A stretch of DNA of 41,986 bases. Source: a virus. Taxonomy: Duplodnaviria > Caudoviricetes. A model generated the notes under the pieces. That model was not told the origin of the DNA, did not search any database, and was given only the letters and a program-made list of their open reading frames with translations. Of the stretch, positions 25,976 to 35,052 are shown piece by piece. Every line of letters begins with the position of its first letter. Position 1 is the stretch's first letter. Position numbers and translations under genes: made by a program. The stretch is from IMG/VR virus record IMGVR_UViG_3300033076_000121, positions 1 to 41,986 of that record; one strand, written 5' to 3'.

Positions 25976-27948
25976 TAACGAATAGGACAGGCCCCGGTCG
26001 CACACTCTTCCCCTTGGATTTCTTCAAAGGAATTTGCAGCTTCCAGGTTGATTGGTTGAAGGATCGAGGCGTATTCCTCGAACCGTTCCTTGGTGACTAC
26101 CTCTTGAGGAAGATACAAGTAACCTAATGCTTTAGCATCCTTTGTGGGATCAGCACGGAACAAGAAGCTCACACCCACGTAGACGTTCCAGTTCTCCATG
26201 AGCCAGTCGATGATGGCCGGGACCTCATCTACTGAGTAGGAGATGGTCGCAGAGACGTTCTGCTGGCACCAGTTCTCCATGATGAGCTTGTAACGCTCGA
26301 GCTGACTAATGGCCGACTCGAGGTTGACCTCCAGCTCCTTACCGTCACGGACTACCTTCTCGAAGGGTACGTCATCCCAGCTCACCGGGAAGGTGATCAG
26401 GACAGACTCAGCATCGGTCGGGTTGTCGATGACCTTGTAGCCAGAGGCACGGCACAGCGGTACCAGGGGGTCATGCTTGGAGAAGTTGACGTTGTTGAAG
26501 ACGTACTTCCCTAGTGGCTTGTGGACCCCTTCCGTAGTGTCCATGATTTTACTAAGAGTGCCTGAGGGTTTGATCGTTGTGACATTCTTAGGTCGTGGGG
26601 TTCCCAGCTCATCAGCCATGCTATAAGCGCCTGAAGTTGCTGTTCGTTGAAGCTCTGTGTAATCGTACGCTGCAAGGTCCGGTCGGCGGACAATACCAGT
26701 AAGGCCAACCCCGCATAGGCGTAGGAAGTCATTGTTGAGGTGCCATGCCTCCTGGAGAATACCGTCACGCAGATTGACACATGTCTGCCGGTAGTTAGCA
26801 CGGGCTGCAATGTGGACAGCTCTGCGAAGACCGGAGGAATCACCTTTGAATTTTCCAACATCCACCTCAGTCAGGTTACAGAAAGACTTGTTGCCCAGCA
26901 GGATCTCGGCACAGGGGTTGCAGCCCTTGAACCAGGGTGCTCGCTTGGCTGCAGTCTGACCGTTGATGAAGCCAGGCTCAGAGCCACCGGCCTCCACCAT
27001 CATGTCGAAGATCTGCTCGAGCTCGGAGCGCAGGGGCTTGGTCTTGAACAACAGGGAGTTGTTCGACTGAGCTCGCTGGATGTTGGTCACCCACCAGTCT
27101 TTCTTGGCGACTGCGAACTCTTGCCACTCATCCTCACCGTAAGTGAAGAGAGCAATCTCAGCAGAGCGCCGACTAGACAGGACAGTACCAAGCCAATTGA
27201 CAATATCAAGGATGTCAATGCGAGTAAGCAGACTACCAGCGCGGCGATTAAGTATGTGGAAAATAGCTTCATATGCTTTGGCGATGGCAGCATCACCAGA
27301 AGAGATCCAGCCGTAACCCTTCAGACGTTCACCAGCAGGACGAATCTGCGAGAAATCGAGTACAAGTTTACGGGCGGCATGTGGATGAGCGGCCAGCTTA
27401 CCGACTGACTTGGCCCAGGCTTCTGCGGAGTCTCCGACAGTGATGGTCCAGGTTCCGGTCTCGGGGTCCCAGCTTTCCTTGTTACCTTCGTGTCCACCTT
27501 TTTCTGTCCTCGTTGAACGGATTACTTCCAGTTCTTGGATTGGTTTCGGAAAGCCCGTAAGCTGCCCAATAATAGGAGCAAAGCCAACACCGCAGCCCTG
27601 CAGAAGGAGCCACAGGATGTCCACAAGATCTTGAACGGTTTCAGCATTTGTAAAACTACAGTTGAATTGAGAGGCCTCACGCTGCTTGGCAACCGAGGTA
27701 CCACCCAGCCACAGGGAGCGGCCAGACATCAGGACCTTGCGCTCCATCATCAGGGTACGGAGTTCTTCCAGCTCACTGTTGTCCACAGTGCTGGCACCTG
27801 CACGGTCCCAGAGCCAACGCTGGTGGTCGATCACTCGGTCTACAGTCTGTCCCCAGGATTCGAAATTCTTCCCGGAGTCATCGGTGGGGCGGTTGTATGT
27901 GCGGCGTGTAATCAGCTGCGCACGGAGGGATGGATTAGCGGTCGTCAC
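25975..27948 (-). CDS. nrdJ: Class II (adenosylcobalamin-dependent) ribonucleotide reductase
   Basis: RTY.R, FNC, RRSAEI, NPCAEI, FCNLTEV, TTIKPSGT and C-terminal CATGACP; no beta-subunit gene present. Confidence 0.93.
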   Translation of the reverse strand: MTTANPSLRAQLITRRTYNRPTDDSGKNFESWGQTVDRVIDHQRWLWDRAGASTVDNSELEELRTLMMERKVLMSGRSLWLGGTSVAKQREASQFNCSFTNAETVQDLVDILWLLLQGCGVGFAPIIGQLTGFPKPIQELEVIRSTRTEKGGHEGNKESWDPETGTWTITVGDSAEAWAKSVGKLAAHPHAARKLVLDFSQIRPAGERLKGYGWISSGDAAIAKAYEAIFHILNRRAGSLLTRIDILDIVNWLGTVLSSRRSAEIALFTYGEDEWQEFAVAKKDWWVTNIQRAQSNNSLLFKTKPLRSELEQIFDMMVEAGGSEPGFINGQTAAKRAPWFKGCNPCAEILLGNKSFCNLTEVDVGKFKGDSSGLRRAVHIAARANYRQTCVNLRDGILQEAWHLNNDFLRLCGVGLTGIVRRPDLAAYDYTELQRTATSGAYSMADELGTPRPKNVTTIKPSGTLSKIMDTTEGVHKPLGKYVFNNVNFSKHDPLVPLCRASGYKVIDNPTDAESVLITFPVSWDDVPFEKVVRDGKELEVNLESAISQLERYKLIMENWCQQNVSATISYSVDEVPAIIDWLMENWNVYVGVSFLFRADPTKDAKALGYLYLPQEVVTKERFEEYASILQPINLEAANSFEEIQGEECATGACPIR

Positions 27949-28249
27949 CTGAGCCTTTGATAGTGTTATTTGCCTTGCGGCGGGTTAGTTTGTCGATGTT
28001 ACCTTGGGCCACCTCATCGAGGTCAAAGCCGTTGTCTCGTGCAATCGCAGAGACGCACCACAGGATGTCACCAAGTTCCTTCTTGATGTTCTCTAAGTGG
28101 GTGCCAATGTTTCCACCATCACGGATCATCTTGGCTTCGTGAGACATCAGCTCACCGACCTCTCCTGCCAGGTTCAGCAGGGCGTACTGCTCATCGGCAG
28201 ACTTGAGGCGGAAAGACAGAGCGATGTCCTGATACTCATTGAACTTCAT
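27935..28249 (-). CDS. MazG-like nucleotide pyrophosphohydrolase
   Basis: LAGEVGE, KKELGDILW, NIDKL..R and GSGDDR motifs. Confidence 0.9.
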   Translation of the reverse strand: MKFNEYQDIALSFRLKSADEQYALLNLAGEVGELMSHEAKMIRDGGNIGTHLENIKKELGDILWCVSAIARDNGFDLDEVAQGNIDKLTRRKANNTIKGSGDDR

Positions 28250-28590
28250 AGTTTTTCCAGTTGAATCAGTAGGTCAATGTAATGCTTGGCCTTCTCCAGA
28301 TCCTTCTTGCCACCCTTGTCACGCCAGCGGGAGATGTACTTCACCACGTTGGCCTCACAGTAGCCAAGGTTGTTCTTGGTGATGTACTCGACAGGCTGAA
28401 TGGCCATGGACTTGTAGTGACCGCCACCAACCTGGACAGACAGGGGGTCAGTGCCAATGGCCTTGATGTAATCCTTCTGAGCCTTTGACAGGTCGTTGAA
28501 GGCCTCGTCCTCCTGTGGGGTAACCGGAGGATCAATCTCAGGGAACAGTGGCATCTGGCCACCAAAGAAGGCACGAGTCATGGGGTCCAT
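28246..28590 (-). CDS. DUF3310 / T7 gp1.7-like protein (putative nucleotide kinase)
   Basis: QVGGGHY, IQP.EY, NVVKY..R..KGG..DL.KA.HY motifs. Confidence 0.85.
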   Translation of the reverse strand: MDPMTRAFFGGQMPLFPEIDPPVTPQEDEAFNDLSKAQKDYIKAIGTDPLSVQVGGGHYKSMAIQPVEYITKNNLGYCEANVVKYISRWRDKGGKKDLEKAKHYIDLLIQLEKL

Positions 28591-29360
28591 AGAATTACTT
28601 TCTTCTGAATGTCGTCATAGTCTTGAGCACGGAGGATACGTGCCACACGGGCTTGGGTCAGAGCTTCCTCTTCGCCAAAGCCTGCCTTGTCGTAGGCCTT
28701 CACCACGTGCTTCCAATAGAGCTCACGGAGCTGCTGAGGGTTGGCCCATGGGGTGCCCTCATCGAGAGCAGCCTGGAGGATCTTCTCGGCTGTCTTAGGG
28801 CCGATCCCTGGGCAACCCGCATAGCCATCCGTGGTGTCCCCGGTGAGGGTCTGGATCATGTGCCACTTGTCAGCCTGGTGCTCAGAGATCTCAAAGAACT
28901 CATCGCGGCCAAAGTTGTAGTGCTTGCCAGGGATGGTCTTGAAGTCCTTATCCAAGGAACACACGATGATGTCTCGGACAGGGTCCAGCTTGGTGACTGT
29001 GGTGGCGTAGATGCCGATCACGTCATCGCCCTCGAGCTCAGGGATCGAGACACACTGGTGCTTCTTGAAGGCGTACTCACGGAGGAACTTCAGGAGCATC
29101 GGCTTGCGAGTGCCAGCACGGTTGCTCTTGTAGGTGGGAAGCACGGACTTCCTCCAGTTGTCCTTGTCGGAGAACACGAGGAGGTACTGGGTGGCTTCCA
29201 CTTTCTCGAGGAGAGAACTGAGAGATGACTCGAAGGCAGTGATGGCATCCTGCTCAAAGGCATGGAGTGTCCACAGGCCATCTTCCCAGTCTATGGGCTT
29301 CTCGCTTACGGCTGCTGCTTGGTAGGCGAGGATATCGGCATCGATGAGAGCAAGGCGCAC
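28578..29360 (-). CDS. 5'-3' exonuclease (gp6-like)
   Basis: LIDAD, YKSNR, LEGDD, DKDFKTIPG and GDTTDGYAGCPGIG motifs. Confidence 0.95.
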   Translation of the reverse strand: MRLALIDADILAYQAAAVSEKPIDWEDGLWTLHAFEQDAITAFESSLSSLLEKVEATQYLLVFSDKDNWRKSVLPTYKSNRAGTRKPMLLKFLREYAFKKHQCVSIPELEGDDVIGIYATTVTKLDPVRDIIVCSLDKDFKTIPGKHYNFGRDEFFEISEHQADKWHMIQTLTGDTTDGYAGCPGIGPKTAEKILQAALDEGTPWANPQQLRELYWKHVVKAYDKAGFGEEEALTQARVARILRAQDYDDIQKKVILWTP

Positions 29361-30022
29361 GGCTTTTCTTTCTGTTCAATATTCATCAAAAATTCCCAAG
29401 AGGTCGGGAACAACTCCCACATGGACTCATGAATCTTCTGAGCCACGTCTTGGGTTTCCTTCTGAGTATGCGAGTCCATACGGAGCTGGCACATGCGAGC
29501 CCAGGCGTAGAGGGTTCCGCTCCAGATCCACTCAGTCATGGTGTTCTGAGGGAGAACCATGCGAGCCTGCTCAGGGCAGACTCCTTGGGCCAAGAGGTTG
29601 TTGTATAGGGAGACAGTCTCACAGCCATGGTTAATGATGAAGCGATCATCACTTAAGGCCTGCTCGTCTGAGCTTCCCTGCTTCACATTCTCTGCAGCCT
29701 TGCGCCACACCTCAGGGAAGAAGAACTCAGGCTCAGAGTTCACATAGCGACGACTCACCTCGTTCCATGAGAAACCCACGGTGTGCTTGACGAGCTGTCG
29801 AGCCACGAAGATCGGAGCCTTGACACGGAAGGTTGCCGAGCAGTGAGCGAATGGGGACCAGTGGTTGTGCTTAGCCAGGTACTTGATCAGGCCACGGTCA
29901 GTGGCGTGGTCGAACTCTGAGTGCTCCTTGTCGAAGCTGACTCGAGCAGCGTTGACCACGGTAAGGTCGCTGCCCATATGGTCCATGTATTCAACGTCAA
30001 TGTCGGCAATCTTCATGTTCAT
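29306..30022 (-). CDS. thyX: FAD-dependent thymidylate synthase
   Basis: VNAARVS, HWSPF, ARQLVKH....WNEVSRRY and EQARMVLP motifs. Confidence 0.95.
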   Translation of the reverse strand: MNMKIADIDVEYMDHMGSDLTVVNAARVSFDKEHSEFDHATDRGLIKYLAKHNHWSPFAHCSATFRVKAPIFVARQLVKHTVGFSWNEVSRRYVNSEPEFFFPEVWRKAAENVKQGSSDEQALSDDRFIINHGCETVSLYNNLLAQGVCPEQARMVLPQNTMTEWIWSGTLYAWARMCQLRMDSHTQKETQDVAQKIHESMWELFPTSWEFLMNIEQKEKPCALLSSMPISSPTKQQP

Positions 30023-30225
30023 TCCTGAAAGGGTTTGTAGATAGTGTTGAGTGTTTCGAAGCTGCCATCATCATTCTTCTTGATGACGGAGCTGGTGCGG
30101 ACATCTTCCTGTCCCCACACGTAGTGGTTCACGGCTTGGACATGAGCAACCTCATGACCTGGGAACATCTTTGTGTCGAACCGTGCCTCACCAGTAAAGA
30201 AGACTTCTGGTTTACTCATGGTCAC
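30019..30225 (-). CDS. Hypothetical protein
   Basis: Overlapping start/stop with both neighbours; VRTS.V...FETLNTIY. Confidence 0.7.
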   Translation of the reverse strand: MTMSKPEVFFTGEARFDTKMFPGHEVAHVQAVNHYVWGQEDVRTSSVIKKNDDGSFETLNTIYKPFQE

Positions 30226-30620
30226 TCTTCAGTAATCTCTGTGGTGCTGGTTGTGGAAATAGCTGCGATGTATTGAGCCACATGTGGGTTCTCAACCATC
30301 AGCGAGGACATGCCAGTGGCAAGTCGGTGGACGATCATCTCTTCATCCACTTGGCCCATCATGATCCGCATGTAGTGCATGATCATGTGCAGGACCTCGT
30401 GCAGGAAGGTGTCCATCTCTTCGATGGGGGTCAGGCCATCCAGCACACGGATGCGCTGTTCCTTGGCGTAGAAATCACCATAGACATCAGATCCCCATGG
30501 GCCCTCTTCAATGAAGAGCACGGAGATGTTGCGGCCCAGGAACACCAGGCTGTCAGGTCGGTAGACCTTGTAGTCCAGCAGTTCTACTTCGTCGTCTTGA
30601 ACAACTTGTTCATCGCTCAT
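30222..30620 (-). CDS. Putative HExxH zinc metallopeptidase-like protein
   Basis: TFLHEVLH followed by EE..V..LA.G. Confidence 0.7.
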   Translation of the reverse strand: MSDEQVVQDDEVELLDYKVYRPDSLVFLGRNISVLFIEEGPWGSDVYGDFYAKEQRIRVLDGLTPIEEMDTFLHEVLHMIMHYMRIMMGQVDEEMIVHRLATGMSSLMVENPHVAQYIAAISTTSTTEITEE

Positions 30621-30829
30621 AAAAATCCTTCTTCACGGAGGAGGCCCAGACCCTCTTCAGTTATTCGCCAGATACGCCCGTATGAATGGGGGGCTTCTTT
30701 GGTTGTGATCAGGCCAAGGCTTGCCAGTGCGGCAACCTCTTGGTCGAACTGTCGGGCCACCTCTGACTGGAGAGATAGCCCACTGCGGTAGACCCTGTGG
30801 AGGATCTGGTTGATTGCATTGCGGTTCAT
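30617..30829 (-). CDS. T7 gp5.7-like winged-helix protein
   Basis: QS..AR....VA..AS.G.I....W.IT..G pattern; follows DNA polymerase. Confidence 0.8.
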   Translation of the reverse strand: MNRNAINQILHRVYRSGLSLQSEVARQFDQEVAALASLGLITTKEAPHSYGRIWRITEEGLGLLREEGFL

Positions 30830-32622
30830 CAGTGTGTGTCTGCCCAGTTCTTGCCGACCTTGGATTCACCTGCGAGGACACAGCGGAAACCGAAGTGCTC
30901 GCCAGCCTTGGTGACCATCTCTGGTGCAACCTTGGCTACGTACTCAGCGATCTCTGGAGTCCTGCAGGCGATCTGACATTCGTCGTGGGACCAGGCGCAG
31001 AACGCATAGTCACCATCCCAGCCGTGCTTGAACTTGGACGAGAGGTGCTCTTCGAGGAACACCAGCCACTGCTTACAGGCAATCGCACCGGCACCCTGCA
31101 GGAGGGTGTTCAGTGCAGCGTGTGAGCTGCGAACATGAATGTGCCGCCCGTCCAGCCCGACAAGGTAGCCACGCTTAGCAGCTCCCTGCACAGCTTCGAC
31201 AAGTCGTCCGAGGGCAGGCAACGAGCGAAGAAACTTCTGTTTGAGTTTTCGACCTGCACCTGCATCACCACCAACAATGGAACCAATCTTTGCGTCACCT
31301 GCGCCATAGAGGAATGCATAAATAAATGTCTTTGCCTGTGGCCGAGTCTCTAGACCAGCCGCCTTCTGGTTCTCCGTGTGGATGTCCCCACCTAGGAGGA
31401 CCTCGCCATACTTCCCACCATCCCACTTAGCCATAAAGTGAGCAAGGCAGCGTAGTTCAAGGCCTGAAGCATCAGAACCAACCAGAGTCCATCCCTCAGG
31501 GACAGTAAACAGCTCACGACATTCGTGGCCGTAGGGTGAACTAGAGGAAGGGACTTGTGAGATATTAGGATAAGAATGGGTTGCACGGCCAGTAACAGCG
31601 CCATTGGGATTGACTGATCCATGGATCTTTCCTTTCTTCTCGCACTTCATCCAGGCCTGACCTCCCTCGTTTAACTGGGAGATCCTCTTCTGGACTAGCA
31701 AGTATTCTGTGAGTTGTTTGCAAGGTGGGTAGCTGAGTTTCCCCAGCACCACTTCGTCCACCATGGGCTTGCCACCCTCAGTGAAGTCTTTGGGTTTCCA
31801 CCCATAGAGATTGATCAGGCGGTCAGCGATGTGGTCACGGGATGATGGGTTGAACTCCACCACCTTGACCTTCTTGACGGCCACACCCTTGGTGTACCCC
31901 AGCTTGGAGTTATTCACCTTCGGGATGAACTCGGGGAGCTGTACCTCCCATGACCCAAAGTAGTCACGGAGTTCCCTCTCCAGCTCCCCACGGCGTTGGA
32001 CCAGGCGAGTCAACAGGGCAGCAGCCTTTGGCATGTCGAAGTGGAAGCCATTGCGTTCCTGCTTCGCCATCAGCCAGGCCACCTGGTGCTCGAGGTCCAA
32101 GGCTTGCTGTGCGTAGTTCTTGTCGATGATCTTCTGGTACAGGGAGGCGGTGACCTCTACGTCCTGGACGCAGTAGTCGAGCATCTCCTGAGAGAACGTC
32201 TCCCAGCCACCCGAGTAGTCACCCTTGTAGTTGCCGAGGCGATAGCCCCATGCAGCCAGTGAGTGAGACCCGAAGAGTTTCCCTGGGAGTTTCTCCTGCT
32301 TGAGTAGAACGTTGTCTGTGTCCTTGACGTTCGCCCAGATCAGTCGCGTGGCAACCAATGTGTCGAAGACCTTGGCGGGATCAACCTTGAACCAAGGGTA
32401 GAGTTTCTGGATGACAGGGATGTCGTACTTGATCACGTTGTGACCAGCGATCAGATCGTTGGAGTTCATGAGCAGCTCGAGGCCTGGGCCTAGAGGCTGA
32501 TCGCAACCAACGGGACCGAAGGTCAGGGTCTTCCCTGTCTCGGTGCTCTTGATAACCAAACAATGTATCTTGCTTACTTCATCCAGCAATCCATCTGTTT
32601 CCAAATCGAATATAAGTGCCAC
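30829..32622 (-). CDS. Family A DNA polymerase (gp5-like)
   Basis: FDLETDG ExoI, DASGLELR motif A, AKTFIYAFLYG motif B, HDE motif C; GTG start with AAGGGA RBS. Confidence 0.97.
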   Translation of the reverse strand: MALIFDLETDGLLDEVSKIHCLVIKSTETGKTLTFGPVGCDQPLGPGLELLMNSNDLIAGHNVIKYDIPVIQKLYPWFKVDPAKVFDTLVATRLIWANVKDTDNVLLKQEKLPGKLFGSHSLAAWGYRLGNYKGDYSGGWETFSQEMLDYCVQDVEVTASLYQKIIDKNYAQQALDLEHQVAWLMAKQERNGFHFDMPKAAALLTRLVQRRGELERELRDYFGSWEVQLPEFIPKVNNSKLGYTKGVAVKKVKVVEFNPSSRDHIADRLINLYGWKPKDFTEGGKPMVDEVVLGKLSYPPCKQLTEYLLVQKRISQLNEGGQAWMKCEKKGKIHGSVNPNGAVTGRATHSYPNISQVPSSSSPYGHECRELFTVPEGWTLVGSDASGLELRCLAHFMAKWDGGKYGEVLLGGDIHTENQKAAGLETRPQAKTFIYAFLYGAGDAKIGSIVGGDAGAGRKLKQKFLRSLPALGRLVEAVQGAAKRGYLVGLDGRHIHVRSSHAALNTLLQGAGAIACKQWLVFLEEHLSSKFKHGWDGDYAFCAWSHDECQIACRTPEIAEYVAKVAPEMVTKAGEHFGFRCVLAGESKVGKNWADTH

Positions 32623-32653
32623 GCTGTCCCTTTCGACGTGCGTTAAATGTAGG

Positions 32654-32772
32654 TGGAGGCTTATCACCTCCGAGATGTCCGTAGACTTGTGCGTCCACAG
32701 GCTTCACTGGTAAATTCCAGCTATACCGTAGTGTTGACAGCCAGGCTTCAACACCAGAGGGCCGGACTATCT
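32654..32772 (-). ncRNA. Candidate multi-stem structured RNA upstream of DNA polymerase
   Basis: Closing stem AGATAGTCC/GGACATCT enclosing three hairpins, followed by a GGAGG/CCTCC hairpin. Confidence 0.5.
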
Positions 32773-32774
32773 AA

Positions 32775-32975
32775 TCACTTCTTCAGGACGTAGCGAGCGT
32801 AACGCTGGCCTGTCACTGGGTGCTTCTTGTGCTGGGTCTCGATGTTGAAACCCATGTCACGCAGCTCGCTGATACGTTTAGTCAGGGACTGGATGGAGTA
32901 ATCCACCAGAGCCTCACGCTGCGAAATGCTACGTGCCTTCTTGAAATGCTGAATGAGAATTTCGTTCTGTGTCAT
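32775..32975 (-). CDS. Small helix-turn-helix protein
   Basis: MTQ...I..H....SIS.REA...Y.I.SL..RISELR..G..I winged-HTH pattern. Confidence 0.8.
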   Translation of the reverse strand: MTQNEILIQHFKKARSISQREALVDYSIQSLTKRISELRDMGFNIETQHKKHPVTGQRYARYVLKK

Positions 32976-32976
32976 G

Positions 32977-34581
32977 TTAAAACTCTGAAGTTGTTTCATC
33001 TTGGAAATCACCAGTAGTCTCCGAGAGACGGCCAGTGTCACGATCATAAAGTAAATACCCTGCCTCACCTGTCTCACCACTAAAGCGGTTCTTCAGGACA
33101 CGCAGAGTTGTCACGTTGGGGTTCTTGCCTTGCTGGTCACGCTCGAGGCCGATCACCATATCACTGAGCTGAGCGATGGCATGGGAGCCACGCAGCTGGG
33201 ACAGCGAGGTCTTGGCCCCCTCCTCATGTCCTCGGCCATCCGAGGGACGCTTGAGGTGTGACACGAGGAACATCCCTACCCCTGTCTCTTCGACCAGGGT
33301 ACGGAGTAAGGTCATGGCGTTGTCGATAAGGCGGCGTTCGTCTCCGTCTCCAAGACCACTAACAACGATGCTGAGGTGATCCAGAATAATCCAATTGCAA
33401 CCACAGCCTTTGGCGAGGAACCGAACTCGAGATACAAGGTTATCGATGTCGCTAGAACCAAAGTGATTGTAAAGAAATAGACGGCCACTACCAACAGTCG
33501 CAGCAAAAGCCTTTTGAAGATTCTCTGCACTAACACCCTCTCTGCTCAGATGGAGCGGTTTGTTTAGATCAATACCCATGAGACCCAAGGCGGTACGCTT
33601 AGGGTTCTCCTCTAGCATGATCATGCCAACCGTCTCCCCCTTCTTCAGGAGGTGGTGAGCAATCTCTCGGACCACTGCGGACTTACCCACGCCTGACCCT
33701 GCGGTTAGCGTGACGAGCTCACCCTTGCGAGCACCTCGAGACTTCTCATTGAGTGAGTCCCATGGATACGGGACGGACTGAACCGTCTCCTCCTTGGACA
33801 CCTCTTCCCAGAGATCCTCCCCGGAGATGATTCCATCGGGTCGGTAGGCCTTGGCATTCCAGATGGCCGAGATGATCGCCTCGCCCTTGCCCTTCTGGAG
33901 GCACTCATTGGCATCCTTCAGGGGCAGGCTTGCGATCTTGGCCTTGCCTGGTTCGAAGAGCTCGACGCAGTCGGCTGCGGCCTTCTTGCCGGGCTCGTCC
34001 TGGTCGAACATGAAGATCACTTCCTCGAACCCGTTGAGGTACTCGAGGCTCTTCTGGACGGCCTTCTTGGCGGACTGTGCCCCACTGGGGATGGAGACCA
34101 CCGGCCACTTGTTGCCCTGCACCTGGCTGACGGAGAGACAGTCGATCTCTCCCTCCGTCACCACAATCTTCTTACCGGAGTTCCAGAGGTTCGCTCCGAA
34201 CAACTGGGCTGTGGAGATGTTCCCCAGGACAGAGAAACTCTTGTCCGCCCCACGGATCTTTTGGGCAATGAGGGCTCCAGTAGCATCGTAATAGGGGGCA
34301 ATCTGGACAACACGTCCGTTCAACTCGCCTACTTGATACCCAAACTTCCTGCAGGTGTCCTCGCGAATACCCCGCTTGATCAAATCCTGATAGGAACCTG
34401 AGATCAGTCCGTCTGCTTTCATACGTTTCGGCTGTGCTTCTAAACATTCACCGTCACCCTTGACGTGTGTGTTACATGCAAAACAGAACTGGTGCCCATC
34501 GCTGTACAAAGAGTTGGCATCGGACGAGCCGCAGTTCTCACAAGGTATGTGTCTCAGAAATGTACTTTCGTCCTTATCCAT
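32977..34581 (-). CDS. DNA primase-helicase (gp4-like)
   Basis: Cys4 zinc finger, TEGEID TOPRIM, AGSGVGKS, ILDHL, LRGS and KNRFSG motifs. Confidence 0.97.
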   Translation of the reverse strand: MDKDESTFLRHIPCENCGSSDANSLYSDGHQFCFACNTHVKGDGECLEAQPKRMKADGLISGSYQDLIKRGIREDTCRKFGYQVGELNGRVVQIAPYYDATGALIAQKIRGADKSFSVLGNISTAQLFGANLWNSGKKIVVTEGEIDCLSVSQVQGNKWPVVSIPSGAQSAKKAVQKSLEYLNGFEEVIFMFDQDEPGKKAAADCVELFEPGKAKIASLPLKDANECLQKGKGEAIISAIWNAKAYRPDGIISGEDLWEEVSKEETVQSVPYPWDSLNEKSRGARKGELVTLTAGSGVGKSAVVREIAHHLLKKGETVGMIMLEENPKRTALGLMGIDLNKPLHLSREGVSAENLQKAFAATVGSGRLFLYNHFGSSDIDNLVSRVRFLAKGCGCNWIILDHLSIVVSGLGDGDERRLIDNAMTLLRTLVEETGVGMFLVSHLKRPSDGRGHEEGAKTSLSQLRGSHAIAQLSDMVIGLERDQQGKNPNVTTLRVLKNRFSGETGEAGYLLYDRDTGRLSETTGDFQDETTSEF

Positions 34582-34593
34582 GAAATCCTTTGG

Positions 34594-35052
34594 TTAGTTA
34601 TCCAATTGTGCAACCTTAAGCCATTGTGCTACATCAAACGATGGGCAGGCCTTGGCTACTTTGGGGAAGTCTCGGTGACCCTGGATCTTTGCCTTGGGGT
34701 ATCGGTGCTTCAGGTCAATCAGCAGCTGCTTCAGGCTCTTGAACTGAGCCTCAGTGAAGTTGTTCTCTGCCTTGTTCACATCGTCAGCGTTGACACCACC
34801 GACCATGCAGATGCCGATGGAGACTGCGTTCCAGTTCTCCACGTGGGCACCAATGACGGACTCCTCACGCCCCTCCTCCACGGTACCGTCTCGACGGATC
34901 ACGTAGTGGTAGCCGATGCAGGCCCAGCCCTTGGCACGATGCCACTTGTCAATGTCCTTAGCGCCAATGTTCTGCTTAGAACTGGTGGCGCTGCAGTGAA
35001 TAGCGATGAAGTCAGTCTTCTCTCGCTTCTTGGTATTAGACTTGTATGCCAT
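34594..35052 (-). CDS. N-acetylmuramoyl-L-alanine amidase (T7 lysozyme gp3.5-like)
   Basis: IHCSAT, IGYH, GAH, GHRD and KACPSF motifs. Confidence 0.95.
   Translation of the reverse strand: MAYKSNTKKREKTDFIAIHCSATSSKQNIGAKDIDKWHRAKGWACIGYHYVIRRDGTVEEGREESVIGAHVENWNAVSIGICMVGGVNADDVNKAENNFTEAQFKSLKQLLIDLKHRYPKAKIQGHRDFPKVAKACPSFDVAQWLKVAQLDN
34601..34615 (-). promoter_or_regulatory. Putative phage RNAP promoter GGTTGCACAATTGGA
   Basis: Conserved 15-mer just upstream of primase-helicase. Confidence 0.7.

Noticed and set aside
32654-32772. Hammerhead ribozyme or tRNA
   Set aside because: No CUGANGA/GAAA core and no T-loop or CCA; kept only as an unassigned structured RNA.
33390-33402. Promoter-like GGTTGCAATTGGA inside the helicase gene
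   Set aside because: Two bases shorter than the consensus and explained by the codons for G-C-N-W.
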